Source: SAR324 cluster bacterium (GTDB lineage Bacteria > SAR324 > XYD2-FULL-50-16). From it: a stretch of DNA of 64,000 nucleotides. Positions 15,914 through 25,847 of this stretch are shown piece by piece (position 1 is the stretch's first letter; each line of letters opens with the position of its first letter). Both the position numbers and the translations under genes were made by a program. The DNA lies in assembly GCA_028282885.1 (NCBI GenBank), contig JANQGX010000058.1, positions 68,078 to 132,077 of the forward strand, written 5' to 3'. The notes under the pieces are model-generated. The model had not been told where the DNA came from. It saw nothing but the letters and a program-made list of their open reading frames with translations, and ran no database searches.

Positions 15914-18535
15914 CTACGACGAAACAGCAAACTCGCGATAGGTGTTCCAGCCTTCTTCTTCTGAAGATTTAACAGCGATCAGCATTGAATTGGGTCTGAT
16001 TTTATAATCCATATCCGGTGCGACTATCACCCGATTGGGGACAAGATCCTTGACCTTGATTAGCTCTTCAACCTGACCTTTGATATTGGACTGTATTTGG
16101 GCCTGATGTATTCTTTCAGACTTTCTGGCATGTACATTTCCAGTCTCTTCCAACAGACCGACTACCATCTCTTCCGGTTTGTAGTAACCACGTAGCAGTT
16201 GTTTGAAACTGCCGTTTATGTAATCATTTGATATTTCTGAAATTCGAAGCGAGGTCTCATCGAAATTGATCAGTTTTTTAATAACCTGGGCAACACCAAG
16301 TCCATGTGAACCGTTTGATAACATTATACGAGTGAACTCGTCTTCAAGATAAATCTCTTCGACGTTTGCCTGTTCAAGTGACTCTTTGTATCTTTTGTCA
16401 AGAATTTCAGCAATCTTATAAGCTTTGCGATTAAGAGTTCCCACCATCATAGATGCCAGAACGGTCTGTGAATCTATCTCTTCGAAGGTTCTGCCCGATT
16501 CTGTCTCGGCCAGAATAATGACTTTGGTGGCTTGATAGATACCCGCCTTTTTTAATATATCACGATCGACAATATTTCCCGAGTGAAAGTCAATATCAAC
16601 ATTCTTGCCGAAACGATTCATAAAGTCGTCAATCCGTTGCTGGGGAAGGTCGGCGACAATTGAAATCTTGTTCCAATTGGTGTTGTGATTGGAATACTCC
16701 TTGATAATAAAATCTACCATTTCAGGAAGTTGGGGCTTCCAGCCACATATCATCAGCACCTGTTTCTTTTTTTCTGATCTTGGCTTGACAACGGTTTTAG
16801 CCCTGTCCAGGTCGCTGCGCAGTTTGGCCAGGCTTTTACAAGTTCTCTGGGAAGCATCGATATCTTCCTTCACACCTGAGCCTTCTCGGACGCCAGGGAT
16901 TTTGTTGAGTTCAGTGACAATCACATCGTCAATACCCAGGATTTTAAAGCTGAACTTCTTCCCTTCATATCCGACACCATTGATTCTTTTTCTATATGAA
17001 TAGAGATCCATTCCCTCTTTTCGAAGAAGGTCGAATAACGTATCCCAGTCTGGCGCTTTATCAAAGAACGTATTGACCTTTTCCTTAACCAGAGATTTGA
17101 GACTCTGTTTTTTTTCGAATAATTTCATCAGCTTGGCTAGCTGATTTGGTGGATACCCAAGTGTTTCAAAGGGATATTTTCTATTCCCGTAGATTGCCCC
17201 TTGAATCGTATTGGCATACGGATAGATTTCAACACCAACTGTTTCAAGTTTCTCGCAAACAGCTTTCCAACTATCTGTCGTCTCAACCACCGCATCCAGA
17301 TAATGTCTAAGCATCTGTTCCGGTGTTTTGGCTGAAATATCCTCCATCACGACTGTTTCCGAAAGGCTTTCACTGTCATTCAACTCTCCACCCGGCACAT
17401 TGAGAACGATCATGGAGCTACTTTCCTTGATAATATAATTAGGAGGCGGGTGAAAGACAGGGACATTGCTTCTGGTGTTCTTAAGGTCCATTAGTTCCTG
17501 AATCGCCTTTTTAATCGATACCGATTTCTGTGCCAGGTTCATTTTCTCTTGCTTTCGTTTTCTTAGATTACCAGTGTTTTCAAGCAAGCCGATGACAAGC
17601 GGTCTATCGGAACTGGATTTTAGCTCCTTGTATGTCCTCCCATTGTAATAACTATCAATGCTTTCGATACGAAGAAGCCCTTTATCCATTGAAAAAAAAG
17701 CGGAGAATACATTATTCAAGCCGGACATCAAGGCAATATTGCATAAAAGGGCCCGGGCGCTGTGTCTGTTAAGGATGATCTCTTCTACATCAACATGTTG
17801 AAGATACATGCTGAACTTGGGCTGAACAATCTCTGCAATGGTATGAATCTGAGAATTGACTCTTTTTACAGCTATGGCGGCCAGGATGGACCTGAAATCC
17901 ACTTCCTCCGCGGTTTTTCCGGATAGTTCGTCGGTAATAATGAGTACTTTGCCGGCGCTGTGGGCACAAGCGTTGAGGAGAACCTCCCGGTTGGTGTAGT
18001 CACCATGAAAATAGCATACTCCTTTTAAGAGAGGATCCTGTCTGAGATCATTGACCATTTCCGCCTTGGCGCTGTTTACCAATACCAATTGATTGGATAC
18101 CAGACGATGCAGCACCAGAATATCTTTCAACAACTCTTTCATCCCTTGCCGCCAGCCAAGCACCAGGAAATGATCTTCTTTTTTTCTGATGGGTACCAGG
18201 CCAAACACCCTCCTTCTGTTTCTTTCAACCAACCAACTGGTGATATTACCGGTTAACACGCCGGTGTAGACAATACCGATAAACATGATAATCACGGCAG
18301 CGGATTTACCGAAACTAGAGACTGGTGATAGATCTCCATAGCCAACTGTGGTAATGGTAACAATGGAAAACCAGAATGAGTTGAAGAGGTCTTTTATACC
18401 CGACCCGTCTTCAGTTGATTCCAAAAACAGCATCAAGACGGCGGCGATAATAAGGAAGCTGAAGAACCCAATTATTGTCTGGGCCGCCCCACTATTTCTC
18501 AGCCATGAAGACCATTTTTTAAGTTTTCTGATCAT
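15914..18535 (-). CDS. Potassium channel (2TM plus pore, TVGYGD filter) with two tandem RCK/TrkA-N domains in one polypeptide
   Basis: TITTVGYGD selectivity filter flanked by two TM helices. RCK1 begins HFLVLGWRQGM. RCK2 begins VLMICGWKPQ. A linker of ~300 aa lies between them. Confidence 0.85.
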   Translation of the reverse strand: MIRKLKKWSSWLRNSGAAQTIIGFFSFLIIAAVLMLFLESTEDGSGIKDLFNSFWFSIVTITTVGYGDLSPVSSFGKSAAVIIMFIGIVYTGVLTGNITSWLVERNRRRVFGLVPIRKKEDHFLVLGWRQGMKELLKDILVLHRLVSNQLVLVNSAKAEMVNDLRQDPLLKGVCYFHGDYTNREVLLNACAHSAGKVLIITDELSGKTAEEVDFRSILAAIAVKRVNSQIHTIAEIVQPKFSMYLQHVDVEEIILNRHSARALLCNIALMSGLNNVFSAFFSMDKGLLRIESIDSYYNGRTYKELKSSSDRPLVIGLLENTGNLRKRKQEKMNLAQKSVSIKKAIQELMDLKNTRSNVPVFHPPPNYIIKESSSMIVLNVPGGELNDSESLSETVVMEDISAKTPEQMLRHYLDAVVETTDSWKAVCEKLETVGVEIYPYANTIQGAIYGNRKYPFETLGYPPNQLAKLMKLFEKKQSLKSLVKEKVNTFFDKAPDWDTLFDLLRKEGMDLYSYRKRINGVGYEGKKFSFKILGIDDVIVTELNKIPGVREGSGVKEDIDASQRTCKSLAKLRSDLDRAKTVVKPRSEKKKQVLMICGWKPQLPEMVDFIIKEYSNHNTNWNKISIVADLPQQRIDDFMNRFGKNVDIDFHSGNIVDRDILKKAGIYQATKVIILAETESGRTFEEIDSQTVLASMMVGTLNRKAYKIAEILDKRYKESLEQANVEEIYLEDEFTRIMLSNGSHGLGVAQVIKKLINFDETSLRISEISNDYINGSFKQLLRGYYKPEEMVVGLLEETGNVHARKSERIHQAQIQSNIKGQVEELIKVKDLVPNRVIVAPDMDYKIRPNSMLIAVKSSEEEGWNTYREFAVSS

Positions 18536-18644
18536 GTCTGATTTGTTTTGTTAACTGATATCTGGAAGTCTCATGCTACTATACAGTTTTTGTTCAAGTG
18601 TTTTCAACCAGTCATAGTTATTTTATGCTTCGAGAATGAATAGC

Positions 18645-19298
18645 TCAGAATCCAAACCCTAATGATATGAGAAGCATAATATTATCATGCTCGTATCTGT
18701 CGTCTAAACTCTCGGAGGTATCCGTTTTTCCTTTTACATACAACAATCTGGTATCAATCACCAGGAAACGTTCCCCCCCATATATACCAAAAACAACCGC
18801 ACTGACAGATGATTTCACCAACTCCTGAACGGTGGTTTTTTCAAGGCTGCTTTCACGTGCGGTGTACTGGTTCAAGGTCAGCTCCAAATCCAGGTTATTG
18901 TAACCGAATCCAACATAGGCAGTGAGAAAATCAAATATCTTCGAAGAAGAAGGAGCAAATGATTTGTAATCTATTGTTTTTATGACCATGGGCAGCATCA
19001 AATCACCCTGAAATGTGTAACTATTTACCGATTCATTTGAACCTTCCACTGCATCGAGAAAGGTCAAATCTTCAATCAGCGTGTATCTAACACCCCAAAT
19101 TCCCTTGTACAATAAGGTTAAGTCGTATCCCGGCCCTTTCTGCTCAAGCAGGTCATAATTTAACATGACAGAAGTATGTAAGGGACTTTGAGCGAATGCA
19201 GTCTTGGCTAACAAAATTAAAGCCAGGCATAGCATTGAGAAGTAAAAAGTTTGATATGTATTCTTTACAAACGGCTTACCAATCGATTTTGTCTTCAT
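18645..19298 (-). CDS. Small outer-membrane beta-barrel protein (signal peptide; C-terminal ...GFGF)
   Basis: Signal peptide MKTKSIGKPF...AKTAFAQ. Alternating amphipathic strands. Aromatic C-terminus ending in F. Confidence 0.55.
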   Translation of the reverse strand: MKTKSIGKPFVKNTYQTFYFSMLCLALILLAKTAFAQSPLHTSVMLNYDLLEQKGPGYDLTLLYKGIWGVRYTLIEDLTFLDAVEGSNESVNSYTFQGDLMLPMVIKTIDYKSFAPSSSKIFDFLTAYVGFGYNNLDLELTLNQYTARESSLEKTTVQELVKSSVSAVVFGIYGGERFLVIDTRLLYVKGKTDTSESLDDRYEHDNIMLLISLGFGF

Positions 19299-19392
19299 GT
19301 TGTTATCAGTCATAAAAGTAACTTGCCTGAAAACAGTTTCAAATTGTCCTGAATTATCTTTTTGGGGATGATACACGGAGTGTCGTTGAAGA

Positions 19393-20526
19393 CTATCCTT
19401 GTGGCACAATTTCAAATTGAGCACCTGGTTTAGATATGATGATTCCTTTTATCTCCAGATTGACAAGAGCTGAAAGCAATTCCGGCACCGGTAGATCAGC
19501 TTTTCTGATAAGCTGATCTTTTTGACAACAACCCTGTCCAAGCAACTCAAGTACCTTTTCTTCGGTTTTGCTCAAATAAATTTCTGTTTTTTGATTTTCA
19601 ACATCCTCGCCACGAAAGCTCAATTGTTCGTTGTCCAGATTAAATTCTTCAAGAACATCATCGATATCCATCACAAGTTTTGCCTGACCTTTTTGAATAA
19701 GCCGATTGGTACCCTTGTGGAATTGCGAATCCGCCGGGCCCGGGAGAGCAAATAGTTCGCGGTTTTGTTCCAGGGCGTAGCCTGCCGTGATGGAGGCGCC
19801 GCTTCTGATACCAGCTTCAACTATCACTACACCCTTGGACAGACCACTGATGATTCGATTTCTCAAAGGAAAGTTTTTGGCAATCGGTTTTGACGTCATT
19901 GGAAACTCTGTTACCAGAGCACCATTTTGAATCACTTTTGAGGCTAGCTTTTTGTTTCTCAGCGGATATATTTCCGAAAGTCCATTTGCCAAAACACCGA
20001 TGGTTTGCAGATTGTTTTCAAGCGCGGCTTCATGAGCCGATGTGTCAATACCTAATGCCAAACCACTGATAACAATCGTATTTGGCAGCTTTCGAGCCAA
20101 ATCTTTGATTAAACGCTTACAGATGCTCTTTCCCGAATAAGACGCTTTTCTGGAACCAACAAAGGCCAAGCAGAATTTTCTTTCTAATTGCAGTTCTCCT
20201 TGCACATATAGAACCGGTGGAGGATTGTAGATTTCCCTGAGTAAATCCGGATATTCAGTTTGGGTAAAGTCCAGAACCTTCACTCCGTTTCTCTCAATTT
20301 GATCTAATTCCAGTTTGAAATCGGATGACTCAAGAGCGCCGGGAATCTGTTCGGCAAGCTTATGTTCACCTCCCAGGATCTCGGTTAAGCTCTTCAACGA
20401 AGAATTGAATATGTCGTTGACATTAGAAAACGAGTCTACCAACCTTTGAATTCTTACCGGCCCCAATCCGGGGATCAGCCATAAAGCTAAAATTGCCAAG
20501 GTTGTGTCAGTCGATTTCATCATCAA
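19393..20526 (-). CDS. dprA: DNA-processing protein DprA (Smf)
   Basis: DprA Rossmann-like core (ISGLALGIDTSAHEAAL...). Full length is 377 aa. Confidence 0.9.
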   Translation of the reverse strand: MMMKSTDTTLAILALWLIPGLGPVRIQRLVDSFSNVNDIFNSSLKSLTEILGGEHKLAEQIPGALESSDFKLELDQIERNGVKVLDFTQTEYPDLLREIYNPPPVLYVQGELQLERKFCLAFVGSRKASYSGKSICKRLIKDLARKLPNTIVISGLALGIDTSAHEAALENNLQTIGVLANGLSEIYPLRNKKLASKVIQNGALVTEFPMTSKPIAKNFPLRNRIISGLSKGVVIVEAGIRSGASITAGYALEQNRELFALPGPADSQFHKGTNRLIQKGQAKLVMDIDDVLEEFNLDNEQLSFRGEDVENQKTEIYLSKTEEKVLELLGQGCCQKDQLIRKADLPVPELLSALVNLEIKGIIISKPGAQFEIVPQG

Positions 20527-21599
20527 AAAACACTCATGGATTGGATTTCCCTTTTTGCTTTGGCAGCAGAACGGGAGGTGGGAAAACGATTGATAACCTC
20601 CTGATAATAATACCGACCCTTAATCGGCTTGTCGCGCAGGGAGTATATTCTGCCTAGCATTAAAATGGCATCAGGGGTTTTATAACCGTGTTTGGTTTCT
20701 TTGTGCTCATAGTTCTTTAGAATCTTTCTAAACGCGCTTTCTGCCTTAATGTAGTCCTGTAACTGAAAATAGGTTTGTCCGATCCAATACTGGGAATTGT
20801 CGGCGTCTGAGTCGCTTGGAAATCGGCCTATGAATTCACTGAACAGCTTGATCGCGTTCTCAAAATCCCTGGCAGAGTATGCTTTGAACGCTTTTTGATA
20901 AGCCTTCTTCGCACCGGGAATCACCTTTAGCAGAATTGGCGATGTCGGAGGTTTCAAATCAGGATCCTGCCACTGATCTTTGCTTCCGGAAACCAGGAAA
21001 ACGGAATCAGGGGTCTCCACAGCCTTGGAATCTTCAACGGTTGCGGGAGACTTGGCTGACTTTCCTGGCAAGTCCGGTGAAACTGCTTCTGCTCCTGTAA
21101 TAATGGGAACCGTTTTGATAGCTTTGGAACCGGCAGGCGTTTGGAATTCTCCTTCAACACCGGTGACAGGTAACTTCTCCTGGGAAAAGACAGAAGGTCC
21201 GGGATCTTCCGGTATTTCACCCATGCCAGGGATAGTTTCACCGGTTTTACTTAATTGACTGATCTTTGCAGCATTCGCTTTCAGTCTGCTGTTCATCTGC
21301 TTAATATTTATCTCCAACAGTTTAATGGTGTTCAGCAGATGACTAATTTCCGTTTTAAAAGCTTCGTTGTCAGCAGCTCTTTGCTCTTCGGCTTTTAACA
21401 ACATGTTCCGAAGCTCCAGATTCTGCCTAAAAAGCTGTTTGTACTTGATTGCCATATCCTTGTATAAAGCTTCACTAGCTTGATTCCGGACCGGATCAAC
21501 CTCTGGTTCCGCCTGATTTGATGAACAGCCAGTCAACATGAAGATTGAAAGCCCAACCAGAATTCCGATTGTACTGATTTTATTAAAATGCTTTGTCAA
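20523..21599 (-). CDS. YbgF/CpoB-like lipoprotein (N-terminal coiled coil, C-terminal TPR)
   Basis: Lipobox LTGCSS. Coiled-coil segment. C-terminal FENAIKLFSEFIGRFPSDSDADNSQYWIGQTYFQL TPR region typical of Tol-Pal YbgF. Confidence 0.6.
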   Translation of the reverse strand: MTKHFNKISTIGILVGLSIFMLTGCSSNQAEPEVDPVRNQASEALYKDMAIKYKQLFRQNLELRNMLLKAEEQRAADNEAFKTEISHLLNTIKLLEINIKQMNSRLKANAAKISQLSKTGETIPGMGEIPEDPGPSVFSQEKLPVTGVEGEFQTPAGSKAIKTVPIITGAEAVSPDLPGKSAKSPATVEDSKAVETPDSVFLVSGSKDQWQDPDLKPPTSPILLKVIPGAKKAYQKAFKAYSARDFENAIKLFSEFIGRFPSDSDADNSQYWIGQTYFQLQDYIKAESAFRKILKNYEHKETKHGYKTPDAILMLGRIYSLRDKPIKGRYYYQEVINRFPTSRSAAKAKREIQSMSVF

Positions 21600-21648
21600 A
21601 ATGATTTTACCTCTTATGAATCGGGATACCTCTCCTGGATGCCGACTT

Positions 21649-22410
21649 CTATGATGGATTTTGCGGATCTGCTTCGGCTTTCAGCTTTGAGTCATACACC
21701 CTTTGGAACTCGCCGGCAAGGTGTGGTTGCTGGTTTTTCTCATACGCAAGAATCAGTTTTTCCACAACCTTTTGCCAACCTTCAAAGTTCGGATAGTTCT
21801 CCATGATGTATCGATATCGATAAATCGCTTGCTCATAAAAGTAATGGTTAAAATACCAGTCACCGACAATGAACTCATGTTCTGCAAGGGCTTCCATGGA
21901 TTCCTTCAAATACAGCTCTGCATCGTCCAGATAAAGACTGTTCGGATACAGGAAAAAGAATCGTTGGTACTCAACTATGATCTTTTTGAAGTGTTCCGGA
22001 TCCCGGGAATAGGTGTACTCCTTTCCGAAGAAAAAGCTCGTATTCCTTTTGTAGTTCAACTCTATCAGCCTGCTGATAACATACGGAACCAGATGGCTGT
22101 ATGAGTTATAATTTAAAAAGATCCGATAATTGGTTTCCGCTTCGTCCCACTTACCATCATCAGACAGAATATGGGCATCGGCAAGTTTCAAATATGAATA
22201 TACCGCATATCGGGTACCCGGATTCTGATCGATGATGCTCTGAAATAAGGGGGTGGCAGCGCTGTAGTTTCCTTTGTCCATTTGCTGAATGGCCAAATCA
22301 TACTTGGCTTCCATTGTTAGGGATTCGGTTTCGGCGCTACAACCACCGAGGAGTACGAAAATGGAAAAAACTGTTAACAATAAAATAATACTTGATTTAA
22401 CCGGGTTCAT
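21649..22410 (-). CDS. bamD: Outer membrane protein assembly factor BamD (TPR lipoprotein)
   Basis: Lipobox LGGCS. DLAIQQMDKGNYSAATPLFQSIIDQNPGTRYAVYSYLKLADAH is BamD-like. Confidence 0.75.
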   Translation of the reverse strand: MNPVKSSIILLLTVFSIFVLLGGCSAETESLTMEAKYDLAIQQMDKGNYSAATPLFQSIIDQNPGTRYAVYSYLKLADAHILSDDGKWDEAETNYRIFLNYNSYSHLVPYVISRLIELNYKRNTSFFFGKEYTYSRDPEHFKKIIVEYQRFFFLYPNSLYLDDAELYLKESMEALAEHEFIVGDWYFNHYFYEQAIYRYRYIMENYPNFEGWQKVVEKLILAYEKNQQPHLAGEFQRVYDSKLKAEADPQNPS

Positions 22411-22768
22411 AGTTCCTTATTCTTGAAAGAGACGATGTCGATATAATCAGAATTTAATTCTGCTTTTGTAATTCTTGTTTGGTTTATAAATTATACATCC
22501 GATCCGATGGATGTAAGTAATTAATTGCCATAGCTGATCTCCTTTGTGAAGTACGAATTACTCTGTCTTTCCATTTCCGCAAATAGTTGTTAAAGATAGT
22601 GAGACAAGTAAACGTTAAACCGTAATGTTAGCCATTATTGTAAATCCTGATTACCCAAAATCCCCGGAACCATATACGCTGGTCAATCAGCGCAAAGAGT
22701 CGCTGCTGGGACTTACCGTGGATATCATTTCTCCATCGGCAACCCATGATTAGTGCCAAGGATAAGCC

Positions 22769-24196
22769 ATGCATATATTCGACCTTATTCCACCTATTAT
22801 CTACAAATCAGTAATTCCCATTACTTTGATGTTATTACTGGAGCGTTATTTGCTCTTTCGTTTGTCTCGCAAACCTGGTTCTACGGAGTGGGTACAGTCT
22901 AAATTCTGGCTGCATCCGAATTTCATCAGCCGTTGCAGATTTCCCATGGGCGTTGTATCTGTTCTTATTTTCCATTTGGGATCGATACTCTATCCGGCTG
23001 ATCCCCAAAACTTCTTACATCACACAGGGATTCTTTTCTTTGCGTTCTGGATGATTACCGACATTACCGATGGAACCATAGCCAGATATTTTGATTTGCA
23101 TTCGGAAGAAGGAGAAAGTATCGATCCTCTTTCGGATAAATTGTTGATTTTTCCGCCATTATTCTATTTTGCGATTCTGGACATTGTTTCGATGGCCGCC
23201 GTGTTGGTTTTCCTCATTTTCGACGTCGTAGGCACCGTATCCAGGTACTACATCAAAAACAAAGCAGCAAATCTCTTCGGAAAATCGAAAACATTCCTGG
23301 CTGCATTGACATTGGTCGTCATCACAATGCAACAGATTTATTATCCGGAACAGAGTTGGATCATAGCAGATATTACCCTTCAGGCTGCAGTTTTTCTATC
23401 CTTTTGTAGCATGTTTTTCAAAGTCATTCCCAACTATTGGTATGCGAACATACTCAGTCTGATGAATCTGATCTGCGGAGTTTGCGGGATTTGCCTGGTT
23501 ATGGCCTTCAGTTTTTTCAATCCGGATCTTTCTTTTCTTGAAAACTACAGTTGGTTTCAGAGACTCCTACAGGCACGGTATCTGGAAATTGCCTTCTCCC
23601 TTGTTTTTCTTGGCCAATTCCTGGATATGTTTGATGGCAGGGCGGCAGACAAATGGGGTAGCACCCCGAAAGGTGAGATGTTCGATGATCTGGCAGACGG
23701 AACCAATTTTGGCGGTACTATCGCTTTCATTATCTGGACTGCGTTCGGTAAATCCCTGCTGGGATTTACTATTGCGCTATTGCATTTGGTTTGTACAATA
23801 TTTAGGTTATATCGATTCATACGCAACAAAAGGAAATCCGGCATAGACGGCGGTGTTGAAATCTTCACCGGGCTGCCATCACCTGCGGCGGCTTTGGTTA
23901 GTGGATCCATAGTGCTACTGGATATCGATCTTCGTATCAAAGTCGTTTTCATCGTTCTCATCTCAATCCTGATGGTCTCCAAGGTAAAATTCATTCACTT
24001 TGGCAGGGTGATTTTGCCGGCAATCCCCAAGCTGATTAAAGTGGCTATCCTGACCTTTATCATCATGGCCGTGCTCGTTGGTCTGATGCCAGGAAATTCC
24101 CAGATTCTGTTTTGGACTGTGTTTGTGTTTTCGTTTGCATATCTTGTTTTGGGATACAATTGGAAGATGTATCGGGAGTTGGTATCCAATAATTAA
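22769..24196 (+). CDS. Polytopic membrane protein with two tandem CDP-alcohol phosphatidyltransferase domains
   Basis: First motif is canonical: DGTIARYFDLHSEEGESIDPLSD. Second motif is divergent: DGRAADKWGSTPKGEMFDDLAD. Many TM segments. Confidence 0.75.
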   Translation: MHIFDLIPPIIYKSVIPITLMLLLERYLLFRLSRKPGSTEWVQSKFWLHPNFISRCRFPMGVVSVLIFHLGSILYPADPQNFLHHTGILFFAFWMITDITDGTIARYFDLHSEEGESIDPLSDKLLIFPPLFYFAILDIVSMAAVLVFLIFDVVGTVSRYYIKNKAANLFGKSKTFLAALTLVVITMQQIYYPEQSWIIADITLQAAVFLSFCSMFFKVIPNYWYANILSLMNLICGVCGICLVMAFSFFNPDLSFLENYSWFQRLLQARYLEIAFSLVFLGQFLDMFDGRAADKWGSTPKGEMFDDLADGTNFGGTIAFIIWTAFGKSLLGFTIALLHLVCTIFRLYRFIRNKRKSGIDGGVEIFTGLPSPAAALVSGSIVLLDIDLRIKVVFIVLISILMVSKVKFIHFGRVILPAIPKLIKVAILTFIIMAVLVGLMPGNSQILFWTVFVFSFAYLVLGYNWKMYRELVSNN

Positions 24197-24211
24197 TTCA
24201 AGGAGTAAGAG

Positions 24212-24856
24212 ATGGATATTTATGTTGATTCTGCAAATCTGACCGAAATTCGCCAAGCAAAAGAGCTGGGCCTTGCTGACGGTGTTACCACAAATCCAAC
24301 ACTGATCGCAAAGGAGCGGGGAGAATTCACCGAGATCCTGAAAGACATCTGCAAAGAGATATCAGGCCCGGTTCATGCTGAGGTATTATCTCTCGATTCA
24401 GATGGTATCGTCAGAGAGGGCAGGGAACTGGCAAAAATCAGTGACAATATTGTCATTAAGATTCCCATGATCAAAGACGGCCTCAAGGCGGTTCGTGTTT
24501 TGAAATCGGAGGGAATCGATACCAACGTAACCCTTATCTTTTCTGCCGGCCAGGCGATATTGGCGGCAAAAGCCGGAGCAACCTATGTCTGTCCCTTTCT
24601 GGGACGACTTGATGATATCTCTCACGATGGTTTGGATTTGCTGGGTGTTATCAGGAGTATTCTGGTAAATAATCCCGATCTGGAAACCAGAATTATTGCT
24701 GCATCAATCAGAACGCCAAACCATGTTGTGGAGCTTTCAACCATGGGGGTTGATATTCTTACTGTCCCATCCAAGGTACTGTCCCAATTGGAGAAGCATC
24801 CCTTGACGGATATCGGAATTGAAGCTTTTGCCAAGGACGCGGAAAAGTTTAAATAA
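24212..24856 (+). CDS. Fructose-6-phosphate aldolase / short transaldolase (TalC/Fsa family)
   Basis: MDIYVDSANLTEI...GVTTNPTLI and IKIPMIKDGLKA (Schiff-base lysine region). Confidence 0.85.
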   Translation: MDIYVDSANLTEIRQAKELGLADGVTTNPTLIAKERGEFTEILKDICKEISGPVHAEVLSLDSDGIVREGRELAKISDNIVIKIPMIKDGLKAVRVLKSEGIDTNVTLIFSAGQAILAAKAGATYVCPFLGRLDDISHDGLDLLGVIRSILVNNPDLETRIIAASIRTPNHVVELSTMGVDILTVPSKVLSQLEKHPLTDIGIEAFAKDAEKFK

Positions 24857-24865
24857 TGGAAATGA

Positions 24866-25831
24866 ATGGATTCTCTCAAGATTATTAAGGACGTCATCTC
24901 TCTGGAGATGAAGACCCTGCAGGATCTCCATCAATCAATCGATCAATCTTTCGAAGACGCAATCAAGCTGATACAGTCTTCGAAAGGCAAAATAATCATC
25001 AGCGGTGTCGGGAAATCCGGTATTATTGCCAGGAAAATTGCGGCAACGTTTTCTTCAACCGGAACCACGGCAGTCTTTCTTCACCCATCCGAGGCACTGC
25101 ATGGTGATCTGGGAATGGTTGAAGACGGAGATACCATCATCCTGCTTGGCAAGTCCGGCGAAAGCGATGAGATGGTCGGTATGTTGCCAATTCTTAAAAA
25201 ATTGCATTGCAGGGTTATCTCGATTACCGCAAACAGGGAGTCTACGTTGGCAAAACACTCGGACGTGGTTTTGTTCACCCCCATAGAAAAAGAAGCCTGT
25301 GCTCTTAACCTCGCCCCTACCACATCAACCACCGCAGCATTGGCTGTGGGAGATGCGTTGGCGGTGTGTCTTATGAAAAAGAACCATTTCTCAAAAACGG
25401 ATTATGCCCTTTATCATCCGGGTGGCAGGCTTGGTAAAAGGCTTCTTTACCTGGTTGATGATATCATGAAGTCGGGAGATGAAAACCCGGTTGTGCTGCT
25501 TGAGGACTCGTTTGACACGGTTGTGTCCGCCATCTCCAAAGGTGGCGTAAATGCTGTTGCGGTAGTCGATGAAGTAGGGTTTTTCCGGGGATTGATAACG
25601 GGATATGATCTAAGAAAGGCTCTGCAAACCGCTGATGACATCAGGGCGTTAAAAGCCAAAGAGATTATGTTCGAAAAGCCGGTTACCATAAAGGCTGGCG
25701 TATACGCGATGGAAGCATTTGATAAAATAAAAAACAATCCTAAACCTCTGCTATTGTTACCTGTTCTTGATGAAGATAACCGCTCCGTCGGTATTATCAC
25801 GATGCAGGCTATGATCCGGGCCGGCCTCTAA
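24866..25831 (+). CDS. kdsD: Arabinose-5-phosphate isomerase KdsD/KpsF (SIS plus CBS pair)
   Basis: KIIISGVGKSGIIARKIAATFSSTGT SIS motif and C-terminal tandem CBS. Confidence 0.85.
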   Translation: MDSLKIIKDVISLEMKTLQDLHQSIDQSFEDAIKLIQSSKGKIIISGVGKSGIIARKIAATFSSTGTTAVFLHPSEALHGDLGMVEDGDTIILLGKSGESDEMVGMLPILKKLHCRVISITANRESTLAKHSDVVLFTPIEKEACALNLAPTTSTTAALAVGDALAVCLMKKNHFSKTDYALYHPGGRLGKRLLYLVDDIMKSGDENPVVLLEDSFDTVVSAISKGGVNAVAVVDEVGFFRGLITGYDLRKALQTADDIRALKAKEIMFEKPVTIKAGVYAMEAFDKIKNNPKPLLLLPVLDEDNRSVGIITMQAMIRAGL

Positions 25832-25847
25832 TCCCCTGAATTAGCAA

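Noticed and set aside
22626-22754. 43-codon ORF in the divergent bamD / CDP-alcohol transferase promoter region
   Set aside because: No RBS or other conservation evidence. Probably non-coding promoter DNA.
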